IMG/VR virus record: IMGVR_UViG_3300045136_000267
DNA length: 64,000 bases
Origin: a virus
Direction: 5' to 3' (one strand)
In this document: in pieces, positions 28,977-39,624 of the stretch
Numbering within the stretch: position 1 is the first letter of the stretch
Layout of the letters: each line of letters begins with the position of its first letter
Notes under the pieces: generated by a model
The model's database searches: none
The model's input: the letters and a program-made list of their open reading frames with translations, nothing else
Told to the model about the DNA's origin: nothing
Translations under genes and position numbers: made by a program

Positions 28977-30722
28977 ATGCCTGTACCTTATGTTGCATTA
29001 GGCGTTAGACTATTTGCTTTTGTCCAGCATCCTGATTATGGATGGGCTCCTCTCTCTGTAACATCTTTCCAATGTGATTATACTATAAATCAGATTCCTC
29101 AGGCTACAATTGAAGCTCCTCTAGGAGTAACGCGCGATTATCTTATTAGTACAGCTCATGTACTTAATGGTAATTTATTTAGAATTCCAATAGTAGTAAT
29201 AGCCTCTGTAGATTACGGTTTTGGTTCTCAGGGTACCTTAGGTCTATTACTAGATAGTCCTTTAGCTTATCCTAAAGTCTTTTTACTATTTTCTGGTTAT
29301 GTAACTAAAGTAACAGTAATAAGAAGAGAGAAGGGTGTTTTTGCCAGTCTCTCTTGTGTACATTGGTTGTCTCAGTTGGACTTCTCTTCTGGCATCTCTT
29401 CAGTTATACATCCAAATAATCCAGCCCATTTGACATTTCCAGCTTTCTACAAAACAGGAGCTGGGGGTTTTCTTGGTGGAGGAGCCAGAGGATTTTCTCC
29501 TTTAGAAGTAGTACAAGGATTATTAACAGTTAAGGAACTAAAAGATGATCCGTGGGAATATGGAATCTATAGATGGCTGGCTTTTTTAGCAAAGACAGAC
29601 GCGGCATATTTCGCTCAACCATATGTTTTAAATGCTTTAAATTCAATTATCTACAAGTTTTATGTAATAGAACCTCCATATACTAGACCAGAATTACGCC
29701 CTGCTCTAAGACCAAGAACCGATTATCCTGATGCAGAAAGGATACTTGCTAATATTGCAGACTCTTTAGCTGGTAGGACTACGAACCATACAAAGAATGA
29801 TTTGTTGAATATCACGTCTTTAGCACAAAATACAATCTGGTCTAAATTGGTTAACGAATTATCTCCTGAATTACAATTCGTAATATGTCCATTGCCTGGG
29901 TATGCTCGGGTTATACCATATAATCCTGTATATGCTCCAGTTAAATTTCCTATAGATAGTTTCTCGTTTGATAGTAACTGGTATGTACCTTTTAAATACT
30001 CAAAGGTTGTCTCTTTTACAATAAGAACAGACCAAATTTTCTCTACTGTAGAAACAAGTGCAGCACAGATTCCTGTTAAAGTATTTGGTTTATATGGTAA
30101 TTATGCTCCATTAGCTGGAAGTAATTTAGAAGTAGGTAATTCTTTACAATCATTTATTGGTGGCTATTATGCTGCCCCAGAGATAACAGCAGGACAAATA
30201 GTTTTAGAGAAAGCTCCATTTTTCTTATCTATGTCTTCTGTACCATCTGTATATCTAGGTCAAATGATATCATTCAATAGAGCTACTATGAGAAACTTAC
30301 CTGCTGCGATACAGACTAATAGGGAAATAGCTTTAGCGGGACTAGCAGAGCAGACAATATTAGATAGAATGGCTAAATTTTTGTATGCTAAGAAATTGAC
30401 AGAACATAGGCAGCTAGAAATAGCGGGACCATTACGTTTTGATATTTGTCCTGGTAGTACAATTGCTGTAGAAGCAGTAGGTTCAAATTATTTGCCTGGT
30501 TCTTTTGCAACAGATACAGCTGTTATAGGATATGTATATAGTGTAGGATATGATATAGATTTAAATAGACAGAATACACCGGCTAGAACTATTTTTAGAC
30601 TAACGAATTTGAGGAATATATTTGAAAATTGTTACACCTTTAGTTTTACAGTTAGACGCCATCCTCTGTATAAATATTCATTTATAGGCGGTACAATGGC
30701 AAATCAATTGTATTATGGCTGA
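28977..30722 (+). CDS. Putative baseplate hub protein
   Basis: N-terminal VTSF.C.Y.IN.IP.ATI, LFSGYV and C-terminal IAGPLRFDICPGSTI patterns of hub (gpD/gp27-type) proteins. Confidence 0.5.
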   Translation: MPVPYVALGVRLFAFVQHPDYGWAPLSVTSFQCDYTINQIPQATIEAPLGVTRDYLISTAHVLNGNLFRIPIVVIASVDYGFGSQGTLGLLLDSPLAYPKVFLLFSGYVTKVTVIRREKGVFASLSCVHWLSQLDFSSGISSVIHPNNPAHLTFPAFYKTGAGGFLGGGARGFSPLEVVQGLLTVKELKDDPWEYGIYRWLAFLAKTDAAYFAQPYVLNALNSIIYKFYVIEPPYTRPELRPALRPRTDYPDAERILANIADSLAGRTTNHTKNDLLNITSLAQNTIWSKLVNELSPELQFVICPLPGYARVIPYNPVYAPVKFPIDSFSFDSNWYVPFKYSKVVSFTIRTDQIFSTVETSAAQIPVKVFGLYGNYAPLAGSNLEVGNSLQSFIGGYYAAPEITAGQIVLEKAPFFLSMSSVPSVYLGQMISFNRATMRNLPAAIQTNREIALAGLAEQTILDRMAKFLYAKKLTEHRQLEIAGPLRFDICPGSTIAVEAVGSNYLPGSFATDTAVIGYVYSVGYDIDLNRQNTPARTIFRLTNLRNIFENCYTFSFTVRRHPLYKYSFIGGTMANQLYYG

Positions 30723-31485
30723 GTTAAAAACAGAAGACAGATTGAAATTAGCTTGGAAACAGTGGTATGAAAACCCAGAAAACAAGCAGCTATCAACTAA
30801 ATTAATGAATGAATTTACACCTATTATTAATTCATTCATTACTACTTATCTAGGTGCTAGTTATGTAAATGACCCTCTTATTCAGGGACGGGCTAAAACA
30901 GTCCTTTTTGAGTCTCTAGGTAAGTATGATCCAACCAAGGGTAGTCTTACTACCTTTGCATGGACTAATCTTCAAAGATTGCAGAGATATATGTCAAAAC
31001 ATCAGAATGTCTTGCATATGTCTGAGCAATCTATTATGTTATCTAAGGCCTTAAATGAAGCTACAGAAAGACTTAGAGAAAGTCTTGGGAGAGAACCATC
31101 TGATCAAGAATTAGCTGATAATCTAGGAATATCTATTAAAAGAATAGAAACAATTCGTAAAAGGCAGCAAGTTGGATATGAGGGTTCTTTTGAAGAAGCT
31201 ACTGGAGAAGATTCAGCCTCTTTACCCGCAGCTAAGAAAGCTAAAGATTTACAGTATCTCTATAATGTGTATTATGATGCCTTGGAAGATAATAAAGATA
31301 AATATATACTAGAATCGACGTTTGGTTTGCACGGAAAACCTAAAAAGACTATATCAGAAATTGCTAAGGATTTAAATATATCTAGAAACAATGTGAATCA
31401 AAGATTAAACAAAATAAGAGAAGATTTTAAAGTATTAACACAGACTGCCACTTCAGGTTCTAGTATAGATTTAGAACTAGAATAA
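30715..31485 (+). CDS. Sigma-70 family RNA polymerase sigma factor (FliA/SigB-like size)
   Basis: Region 2 KYDPTKGSLTTFA, region 3 LGREPSDQELADNLGIS and region 4 HTH KTISEIAKDLNISRNNVNQ. Confidence 0.9.
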   Translation: MAELKTEDRLKLAWKQWYENPENKQLSTKLMNEFTPIINSFITTYLGASYVNDPLIQGRAKTVLFESLGKYDPTKGSLTTFAWTNLQRLQRYMSKHQNVLHMSEQSIMLSKALNEATERLRESLGREPSDQELADNLGISIKRIETIRKRQQVGYEGSFEEATGEDSASLPAAKKAKDLQYLYNVYYDALEDNKDKYILESTFGLHGKPKKTISEIAKDLNISRNNVNQRLNKIREDFKVLTQTATSGSSIDLELE

Positions 31486-31511
31486 TCAATTTCCTCCTAG
31501 GAGTAAAAACA

Positions 31512-31940
31512 ATGTTATTTCTACGACCAATGTTACAAAGCCTAAAAAGAGGTGCTCCTGGAGAATGGTATATAGCAGATCTTAATAACAAAGTAAATTG
31601 GCACGACAAAAGTCAGGTTAAAAATAGACTAAATAATGCCTTCAGGCAATCTGAGTCTATTTATCTTCAGGCAATGCTTTCTAGGCAAGTACCTGCGGGT
31701 ACTGCTATGTCTGCATTAATGCAGCTCAATTACTTTAATGCTATTAATAGAGCATTGTATTTACGATATTGTACACCTCCAATCATGATGAGTTATCAAG
31801 TAAGGAGGTTTTATCATTTCACTTATGGTAATGGAATATGGGATAAGGTTTTCACCTACTTTTATGCATATGAAAACATAAACCCAACTGCTAGAGATCC
31901 GGTAGTAATTACTAATAGTAATAATACAAATAACGAATGA
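31512..31940 (+). CDS. Hypothetical protein
   Basis: AGGAG RBS and ORF. Confidence 0.55.
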   Translation: MLFLRPMLQSLKRGAPGEWYIADLNNKVNWHDKSQVKNRLNNAFRQSESIYLQAMLSRQVPAGTAMSALMQLNYFNAINRALYLRYCTPPIMMSYQVRRFYHFTYGNGIWDKVFTYFYAYENINPTARDPVVITNSNNTNNE

Positions 31941-31944
31941 TACC

Positions 31945-32298
31945 ATGCCGTTTGATATTCAAGTTAAAAACAATAGTATTTCTCTTATAGATAGTAAAGT
32001 TGAAATTGAAAAATATCTAAACATCTTTTTCGATCTATATTTACATCGAATTTTAACTAAGAGAGTACTATTCAAAGATCTAAGATTTGGAGATGATGAG
32101 AAGAAACGTAAGATAATATATAATGCACACATCTACGCTACAACTAAGTGGAATAAATCATTAAAAAGATTGCAAATACAAGGCAGTATAATTCGAGGAT
32201 TTACAATCAACAATAATCTATTACTTGTAAAAGCTGAGCTTGTTATGTCTGATGGTGAATATTTATACATTACTTACAGAACACAACTTTTTAACTGA
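31945..32298 (+). CDS. Hypothetical protein (possible small baseplate wedge protein)
   Basis: Size and position only. Confidence 0.35.
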   Translation: MPFDIQVKNNSISLIDSKVEIEKYLNIFFDLYLHRILTKRVLFKDLRFGDDEKKRKIIYNAHIYATTKWNKSLKRLQIQGSIIRGFTINNNLLLVKAELVMSDGEYLYITYRTQLFN

Positions 32299-32316
32299 TA
32301 AAATAAGGTATCACGT

Positions 32317-33759
32317 ATGTTTATCCAAGAATTGTTATCTGCTGTAAAGTCTGAACTCAGAGAAGACTATCTAGAAACCATTAAACAAAATCTACGAAAG
32401 CTGTTTGAAGAAGCAGGAATAAAAATACAGCCAGAAGGTCCCGCCTTTGATCGTTACATATTAACGCCTCAAGCTATTGTAATAGGTACTATAGACCTAC
32501 TGATGGATAGAATTTTAAATCTGAAATCTATTTCTTTAGATAATCCTATTGATAAAATTATACTGAACTATCTGATAGCAAAAGTAGATTCTAAAGAAAG
32601 AAGTAGTGATAAGAAGATAACGGTGTGTTTCCTAATTGATAATAAAGTATCTCCATATATTCTAATTCCAGACAATTCAACTTTATTTAATGACAAATGT
32701 GAATTGCTGCTTCTTGAATCTATAACACCAGAAAAGTGCAAACCAATTTCTTCTTCTGTATCTAAAGCTATGGGTACTTGTGTAATAACACAACAGAAGG
32801 ATAATATCCTTTTATTTGATTCCTTTGAGTTGAAGTATCCAATAGATGGAGTTCTATCTATACTTTCTTGCAATGAAAGATTACTTTCAAAAATTCAAAG
32901 TAAGGGAAGAAAAATTCAATTAATCTTAGAATCTTTCCAATTAGGAGAATTTGATGCCAAATTATATAGCTTACTAAATGGAGTCTCTTCTTTTAGTTTT
33001 TCTCGAAGAAATATTACTTATCTTTTAGACAAAGATTGCATTAATGTTATTTTCAAACCCTTAAATCGAGTATTAAATACAGAGATATTTATTCCAATAG
33101 AACAATTAGTAAGAGAAGAAAAGATTGTTTTTACAACAGAGCAACCATTATTTGCTATAAATGCCTTTGAAAAGAAAGATGGATCTGCAGTAAAAACGGA
33201 CTATGAAATCTTTACTAAAAATGAAAGCTATTTGATAAATGACTTAATGTCTACAGTAGAAATAGAGACAGGATTATCTGCTATAGAAGCAAAAGACGTT
33301 ATAGGAATAATTACATATGGAATTCAAGGACTTGGAATATTAAAGGAATCTTGTGAAGTATTAAATGATATGAAAATGAATACTTTTAGGCCATATCTAG
33401 CTAACATAGTACTCCCTGAGATAAGTATTGAATTGATGGTCGTTGGGGGAAACACATTTCCTAATTTATTTGAGATCCTAAATATTTTAGAAGATATTAT
33501 TTTAGACAGACACAATGACATGGGTTTCCGTAGTACTGATATAGAAGCATATTTATTGAGAAGAAACATACAAGCAAAGGTAACTATCAGTAAAATCTAC
33601 AGACAGGTTAAAAATAAGACAGGAGATAGAATAACTATAGATTTTGAAGAGGAACAAGTAGATAATGAAGTGAAGCTTCAGAAGTATGAAGCAGCATTTA
33701 TTTTACCTGCTCTTATAAAAATCGAGAATAAAGGACAAGAAAGTGGACAAACAGACTGA
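32317..33759 (+). CDS. Hypothetical protein (possible diverged baseplate wedge protein)
   Basis: 480 aa; N-terminal GPAFDRYILTP loosely resembles baseplate J starts. Confidence 0.35.
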   Translation: MFIQELLSAVKSELREDYLETIKQNLRKLFEEAGIKIQPEGPAFDRYILTPQAIVIGTIDLLMDRILNLKSISLDNPIDKIILNYLIAKVDSKERSSDKKITVCFLIDNKVSPYILIPDNSTLFNDKCELLLLESITPEKCKPISSSVSKAMGTCVITQQKDNILLFDSFELKYPIDGVLSILSCNERLLSKIQSKGRKIQLILESFQLGEFDAKLYSLLNGVSSFSFSRRNITYLLDKDCINVIFKPLNRVLNTEIFIPIEQLVREEKIVFTTEQPLFAINAFEKKDGSAVKTDYEIFTKNESYLINDLMSTVEIETGLSAIEAKDVIGIITYGIQGLGILKESCEVLNDMKMNTFRPYLANIVLPEISIELMVVGGNTFPNLFEILNILEDIILDRHNDMGFRSTDIEAYLLRRNIQAKVTISKIYRQVKNKTGDRITIDFEEEQVDNEVKLQKYEAAFILPALIKIENKGQESGQTD

Positions 33760-33955
33760 TGGGAAACTGTTTATCTTTATACTACCTAAAGAAGCAGCAG
33801 AAAATCCAGAATTAGTAGAGTTACATAAAGTAATTACTAATTCATTAGTAGATAAGTTAGAAGAATTTTACAGTATGCTTCTAGATAAAATAGAAATAGC
33901 AGATGTAGCTAATAACGATTTTATTATTCAGTTAAATAGTTGGAGATATAACTAA
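33743..33955 (+). CDS. Hypothetical protein
   Basis: Short ORF overlapping the upstream gene. Confidence 0.45.
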   Translation: MDKQTDGKLFIFILPKEAAENPELVELHKVITNSLVDKLEEFYSMLLDKIEIADVANNDFIIQLNSWRYN

Positions 33956-34047
33956 TTTCGTTTCTTAGACGTTTCTCCGACCAGGGCTGATAGTTGTGCA
34001 ATGCCTGCGAAGAGGCTTCGTTTCTTCGACGACGACCGGAGGGTATT

Positions 34048-34380
34048 ATGAAAGAGTTGACTAAAAGAAGCTATAAGAGTCTAGTACTTAATAAAGATAA
34101 GTTTCAGGTTAAAGAAGAAGAGCCTGAAGTAGTGAAAGAGATAGGTCGAACCTATTATATCTTATCCGTACTCACAAAAGAGAATGCAGAGCTGTTCAAA
34201 CCTGATATCTTTGAGTTCGTAGATCAATACTTGAAAAGAAGAGGAATCAGGGCTACAGTAGATGCTAACCCGCAAGTACTACCCGAAGATGAAGAGGGTA
34301 ATCTTGTAATTCCTTCAACTAATCAGACTAAGCACGTCGATCATTTCCGTTTTGTATTCAAGTGTCCAGAGAAAGGCTGA
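34048..34380 (+). CDS. Hypothetical protein
   Basis: ATG with a GGAGGG RBS. Confidence 0.55.
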   Translation: MKELTKRSYKSLVLNKDKFQVKEEEPEVVKEIGRTYYILSVLTKENAELFKPDIFEFVDQYLKRRGIRATVDANPQVLPEDEEGNLVIPSTNQTKHVDHFRFVFKCPEKG

Positions 34381-34383
34381 AAT

Positions 34384-34830
34384 ATGTCTTTCACCTTATT
34401 ATCTGATGGAATAGATAACGATACTATTACTATAAAGTCTGCAGATGCTATAGTAGATAAACTAATAGAACTAAACCTAACAAGAAAAGAATTACTAAAA
34501 ATCATATTTTACAAAATAGTAGTAACAGAGAAACTACTTTTAGATAAGATAATAAATGCAGACAAGTTAAATGTCTTAGCAGCACTGATATTAATAATCA
34601 AAGACTTTGAAATCACTGAGATAGATTTAAAGTATATAGTAGAAGGACGACATTTATTACAGCTAGTAATAGCTGACAATAGATATATTTATTTACTCTT
34701 CAAAGACAAGTATTCCACAGCAATAGATGTTAAAACATTAGAATATATATCGCTTAAAGAACTCCGCTTTGGTAAAATCCAAGTTGGAGCTTCATTAGTG
34801 GTAAACCTTAAAGAAACAGGAGAAGAGTAG
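34384..34830 (+). CDS. Hypothetical protein
   Basis: Tightly packed ORF. Confidence 0.5.
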   Translation: MSFTLLSDGIDNDTITIKSADAIVDKLIELNLTRKELLKIIFYKIVVTEKLLLDKIINADKLNVLAALILIIKDFEITEIDLKYIVEGRHLLQLVIADNRYIYLLFKDKYSTAIDVKTLEYISLKELRFGKIQVGASLVVNLKETGEE

Positions 34831-34838
34831 ATAACGGT

Positions 34839-35060
34839 ATGTCCGTTTTCTTTAGTCATGATGCACTGAAAAAGATGGCCAGCTCTCAGTTCATGAAAGA
34901 TAAATATCCAGATGTGTTTAATAATCTTCCAACTATTACAGTCAAAACATGCTGTAGATCGGAAACTAGAGTAGACTATGATGCTTTACTGAAAAGAATC
35001 AATAGTTTTCCAGATAATGTTCAAGAAGATATAGCCAGAGATTATTCTACGCTACCATAA
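34839..35060 (+). CDS. Small hypothetical protein
   Basis: Tightly packed ORF with a KTCCR motif. Confidence 0.5.
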   Translation: MSVFFSHDALKKMASSQFMKDKYPDVFNNLPTITVKTCCRSETRVDYDALLKRINSFPDNVQEDIARDYSTLP

Positions 35061-35061
35061 T

Positions 35062-35658
35062 ATGACAGAATCAAAAGAGCCAAAAATAATAGACAGAGAA
35101 TTTGCTATCCAATTAGCTATTAGACACAACGATTTACTATTTGAAGACCCTACTGTAATAGAAGATGAATTTGAAGCAAGAAGGGAATCTAAAACAGCTT
35201 ATAACAAATTCATGGCTGCTAAATGTCTCATAGAAACCAATTATTACTGGTCTCGTTTACAACATTTCCTACACTTATGTAATTCTATAACCTATGGTTA
35301 TGTCTTTCCAGAAATAACCCCAATGGCTTCTATAGAGGCTATTGGATGGTCTATTGTAGAAACTACTTTATTAACTCAAGACCTGAAGGAAGCCGTTTTA
35401 GAGGATAATATTCTGGCTTATATAGAAGAACGTATTAAATATGAACAGGAATTTCCATTTACTCTATATCCGTTTATTACAACCCTATCTCCTAAGAATT
35501 ATGATTCTTCAGAAATAAATAATTGGATAGTCGTAGGAATGAAGAACATGGTTCATGCTATCAGAAACGAATTTGAGAAGAGGAAAGAGAAGCTTACAGC
35601 AGCTTCTTTAGATGATTTAGAGTCTAAACTGAAAATCTTCAAGGTCTCCTTGTCTTGA
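35062..35658 (+). CDS. Hypothetical protein
   Basis: Tightly packed ORF. Confidence 0.55.
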   Translation: MTESKEPKIIDREFAIQLAIRHNDLLFEDPTVIEDEFEARRESKTAYNKFMAAKCLIETNYYWSRLQHFLHLCNSITYGYVFPEITPMASIEAIGWSIVETTLLTQDLKEAVLEDNILAYIEERIKYEQEFPFTLYPFITTLSPKNYDSSEINNWIVVGMKNMVHAIRNEFEKRKEKLTAASLDDLESKLKIFKVSLS

Positions 35659-36732
35659 TTTATTGATCAAGGATATACAGTCTGAATACGATGCCATATC
35701 TTTGCTTTTCTCAATGTCAGATACAGGCATTGCTTTATCTATAGCAGTAAGCAAGAATTCTACTAATTTAGAATTCACATAATCTTTACCATACAGAAAT
35801 ACATTAACAGTATCTTTGTAATCATTTAAATCAAAATATAGTGAACTTTTGCTAATGTTCCATTGAACTTTTGTAGACTGAGATATCCAAATTACCTTTG
35901 GTAATCTTCTGAGAACACACGTATATATTCTATAAAGTCCTTTTATATTCCTATTGTAAACTCCACTTCTATCTGTAGTTGGATGATCTAAATTTCTATT
36001 TAATAGAATTTTAGGAATACAGTTATATTGATTTATACTTTTACGGATAATATCTAAATAAAGTTCTAAATTATCTACAATAAAAATGTAGTCGTTTATG
36101 GTATCATTACCACTAAAATCATTGTAGATAGCGCTTAAACCACAAAACATATTCTTATAGAATAATGTAGAAGGTAAAGAGATAACAGCACCACAATTAG
36201 CAGATATAGCAAATCCTACAGGAACCCCTGGTATCAAGTCTAAAGGTAATATTAATGTTTCTGTATTTTTAGTTGTGTTAAAGACAGCTCTAACAGCGGA
36301 TACTGCAGTATACTCTGGATCTCCAAGAGTTAATATATTCAATAATTTAGTTAATGTTAAATCACTTATATTATGAGTTATACCTAATGAATTAAGAAAC
36401 CTAGACTTATTATTAAGAGTATATTGTTTATTAATTTTCCATTGAATTAAGTTAGATCCTAACCTTAGAACATTTCTTACGGAAGCTGAAGCCGTCAACT
36501 TACTACTTTTAACAGTCTTAAGTACGAACCTTTCGTATATAGATAGGTCAGGAATACCATAGGGATCTAGCTTAATTAACCGTCGGATAGCGGCTATTAT
36601 TGGAGAGATACAAACATTACAGTCTGGACAGAAAGCATAAGTAAAATCTAAATATGGTTCTTCCTCTGCTTTTAGCTTTTTGTTACAATATTGACATTGA
36701 TAATAATCAGCACAATAATTGTCCGGTACCAT
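35617..36732 (-). CDS. Hypothetical protein with an N-terminal Zn ribbon
   Basis: CQYC...CPDC; probable start MVPDNYC at 36732. Confidence 0.6.
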   Translation of the reverse strand: MVPDNYCADYYQCQYCNKKLKAEEEPYLDFTYAFCPDCNVCISPIIAAIRRLIKLDPYGIPDLSIYERFVLKTVKSSKLTASASVRNVLRLGSNLIQWKINKQYTLNNKSRFLNSLGITHNISDLTLTKLLNILTLGDPEYTAVSAVRAVFNTTKNTETLILPLDLIPGVPVGFAISANCGAVISLPSTLFYKNMFCGLSAIYNDFSGNDTINDYIFIVDNLELYLDIIRKSINQYNCIPKILLNRNLDHPTTDRSGVYNRNIKGLYRIYTCVLRRLPKVIWISQSTKVQWNISKSSLYFDLNDYKDTVNVFLYGKDYVNSKLVEFLLTAIDKAMPVSDIEKSKDMASYSDCISLINKSRQGDLEDFQFRL

Positions 36733-36787
36733 TTTTTGGACAAGTTTCTTGATACTTAAGAAATAATTACAAGGAGACGGTAACCAC

Positions 36788-37852
36788 ATGACAACGGCCT
36801 ATCTGTATAGACTAATGAATGAATTTGAATTTCCCGAATTCGTTAAAAATGCAACGGCTGATGACGTAAGTATACCAGAGGAAGGTATTCCTGACCATCT
36901 ATATGCAGATGATAAATTCAAGAAATATCCATGTCATACTAAGGCAGCTACTGCCATTTCTGCTGCCCAGTTTGTAGAAGACTTTGATACACTTAGTGAA
37001 GAGAGAAGAAAATACATATTGAAAAATCTGCTATCTCATGCACAGCAACTTAAAATTGCAGAAGATATTACTAAGATTCTGACTACCAAGCCTGCTAGAA
37101 AAGAGAAGTATGCTTTAGACATAGTAGATCTTGAAGGTAATAGAAGACGTTTATTTCCAATCAGAAATGAAACAGAAACTAAGAAAGCCGCTTCTTACTT
37201 ACTAGAACATTGGAGAGATATTCCTGCAGATCACAGAGAGACCATTGCTAATAATATCCTTAAAGAAGCTGCTGATAATAACTATGCTTTAGGTGAATAC
37301 AAAATTAAGCTGGAAAAACTATCTGGCAATGGCCTCATTGATAAAGATCAATTAAAGAAAATTGCTAACTATTTTGTTACACATTATGGAAAAAGAGGCA
37401 CATATGGTAATGGAGCTAATCCTGCTGCATATCTAATCAATTTAGCTGCTCTAGCAGAAGCTACTCCGATTACAGACAAGGATAAGCTGTGGGAGCTTAC
37501 CAAGATTGCATCTGATATTTCCATAAACTATAATGGAATAACTGAACCCATAGAATTTGATGTAATTGTAAGTGAAACTGAATTAGATAAATCGCTTAAT
37601 AATTATGTGCTACTGAAGAGCGGTTCTTGCTACAACTTTAATGACATTGACATTACAGTAGACGATATTAAAGATGGAATGGAATTCTTAGAAGATGTCA
37701 TAGTAGATGATACTTTTGTATCTCGACATAAGCTTAAGACTAAGTTAGCCAATCTACCAGAGAAACAGGCTTTGATAGTGGAAGAATTATTACGTGAAAA
37801 GAGGATAAAGCCTATTCTCAAGAAAGAGAAAAATTACGAGATTCCAGTTTAA
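36788..37852 (+). CDS. Hypothetical K-x-A-rich protein, probably head-associated
   Basis: AAGGAG RBS; VKNA, TKAA, EKYA, TKKAA, LKEAA, KKIA and TKIA motifs. Confidence 0.6.
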   Translation: MTTAYLYRLMNEFEFPEFVKNATADDVSIPEEGIPDHLYADDKFKKYPCHTKAATAISAAQFVEDFDTLSEERRKYILKNLLSHAQQLKIAEDITKILTTKPARKEKYALDIVDLEGNRRRLFPIRNETETKKAASYLLEHWRDIPADHRETIANNILKEAADNNYALGEYKIKLEKLSGNGLIDKDQLKKIANYFVTHYGKRGTYGNGANPAAYLINLAALAEATPITDKDKLWELTKIASDISINYNGITEPIEFDVIVSETELDKSLNNYVLLKSGSCYNFNDIDITVDDIKDGMEFLEDVIVDDTFVSRHKLKTKLANLPEKQALIVEELLREKRIKPILKKEKNYEIPV

Positions 37853-39624
37853 TTGATTTCCTCTGTTTCCTCTGGATCTGAACCTTCTATATCCTCAAAG
37901 TTAGAGAAGGCGTATGAAGGCCAAGTCTTAGAAATGTGCCATAGGCTTACTGCGCCTATAGCAGTTGCAAGAGCAAAGTCATCCTTACCGCCTTTCCTTC
38001 TAGTAATCTTATAGATTTCTTTACCTCCTCTACCTAGAGTTCTTTCTTCTACCAGATCCAGAAAGTCATATACTAGAGGTCTGTCTATTTCTTCTCCATC
38101 AGGTTTATGGAACAGAATATCTTTGCTTCGTATGCAAGCACAAACTATTTGCAACAATTTAGTTTTATCTACTTTATAATAAGTTCTATTTCTGGGACTA
38201 GAAACAGTAGGAACTATCAAATAATTAGGAGAATATCCGACAAGGTATATTGGTACTAATTGAGAAGAAGCGATACCCCACTGTCTCAAAAGAATTTCTC
38301 GTAAGTGTCCTGCAGATCCTGTGTAATCATGGCATAAAAAAGATGGCATAATTAATTGGTACATATGTAATAATAATCTAGATTCTGTTTCTGGAGTCTG
38401 ATCCTTGTATTTAAGTCCATATCTGACGTGAATTTTACCGTCAGAAGTAAGCCCTAAAATAGATACAGCCGTTAAGCTATCTCCACTTAATCCACCACCA
38501 CCCCAGTCTACACTCATAGCTACATAATCATACATATGCCTTACGTTTAAGAAGTCTTCTGGTCGGACTTTCTCTAATACTGAAGCATTTCTAAGTTCAT
38601 GTTCTGCAATGAGTGCTTCAGCAACATCATAACTCTCACCTAGTACTTCGTTAACAAAACGATATCTAGGTGTAGGACCTAATCCTTTTTGCTTATCTAA
38701 TAAAGCCGACCAACGATCATAGTCTGCATAGTGCATGGGCATTATTATCTGAGGTACATGAATACCAAAAGATTTAGTAACTAGATCTGGCTTCTCTGCA
38801 ACCCACTCTCCAGTCCTTCTAGGACTAATGTTTTTCCGGCATTTAGCACATACAACTGCAGGATACTCTTCTGAAATGTGAATATTTAATGGACCTATCA
38901 TCTTCTCTATGTGATGAGCTAGGTTTGGAATATTCCAGAAACCACAATGCTCGCATTTAATAACGAATTCGCATTTAGAACTCTCTTGCCAGAGGCTCTC
39001 TAGAGTTCCATCAAAGGACAAAGGAGTGCCTGTATAGAGTTGAATACGCCAAGGAGAAGCGTTCAAGGTCTCTAGGATAACCGGAATATTATCTATATCA
39101 AAGTCTTGCGTTTCGTCGATGATTAGCACATCGTTCGTGTAAGAACGGATACGAGACGGGTCGTCATGAGAATAGTTAAAAGCAATTCTAGATTGATTAG
39201 TAAAATCCTTGAATAAAGTACCTTGAGCGCATGAAGAATCTACCAATTTGTGATAGAGAGGAGAAGTTCTTATGAAAGGTTTTACGTAGCTGTTGCTTAG
39301 GTTAGATGCCTGGCTCTTCAATGGAGTGATAATCATTATTTTGTGACCAGGAATCGACATAGCTCTAAGTACTGATAGTGCAGAGAAAGATGTAGACTTA
39401 CCAAGCTGACGACCAGCTTTGACTACTATCTTTCTTTGTAGGTGCTTATTAAATAATGGAGATAATGGAAAATAATCAATTAATGTAAATGGTTGTCCAT
39501 TTAACCTTAAGAAGATAGGTAATAACGGCTCTAAAGAACAATTAGCCTGGTTACTAGTAAGTTCTTCTAGCTTCTTAAAGAAATCCTTTAGTACAAGATC
39601 ATCATTTTTACTTGTGGGTTTCAT
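37849..39624 (-). CDS. terL: Terminase large subunit (lambda gpA-like)
   Basis: Walker A AGRQLGKST, Walker B IIDETQD, GTP coupling motif, CEHC/CAKC, NEVLGESY, nuclease VDWG and DDFALA. Confidence 0.9.
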   Translation of the reverse strand: MKPTSKNDDLVLKDFFKKLEELTSNQANCSLEPLLPIFLRLNGQPFTLIDYFPLSPLFNKHLQRKIVVKAGRQLGKSTSFSALSVLRAMSIPGHKIMIITPLKSQASNLSNSYVKPFIRTSPLYHKLVDSSCAQGTLFKDFTNQSRIAFNYSHDDPSRIRSYTNDVLIIDETQDFDIDNIPVILETLNASPWRIQLYTGTPLSFDGTLESLWQESSKCEFVIKCEHCGFWNIPNLAHHIEKMIGPLNIHISEEYPAVVCAKCRKNISPRRTGEWVAEKPDLVTKSFGIHVPQIIMPMHYADYDRWSALLDKQKGLGPTPRYRFVNEVLGESYDVAEALIAEHELRNASVLEKVRPEDFLNVRHMYDYVAMSVDWGGGGLSGDSLTAVSILGLTSDGKIHVRYGLKYKDQTPETESRLLLHMYQLIMPSFLCHDYTGSAGHLREILLRQWGIASSQLVPIYLVGYSPNYLIVPTVSSPRNRTYYKVDKTKLLQIVCACIRSKDILFHKPDGEEIDRPLVYDFLDLVEERTLGRGGKEIYKITRRKGGKDDFALATAIGAVSLWHISKTWPSYAFSNFEDIEGSDPEETEEIN

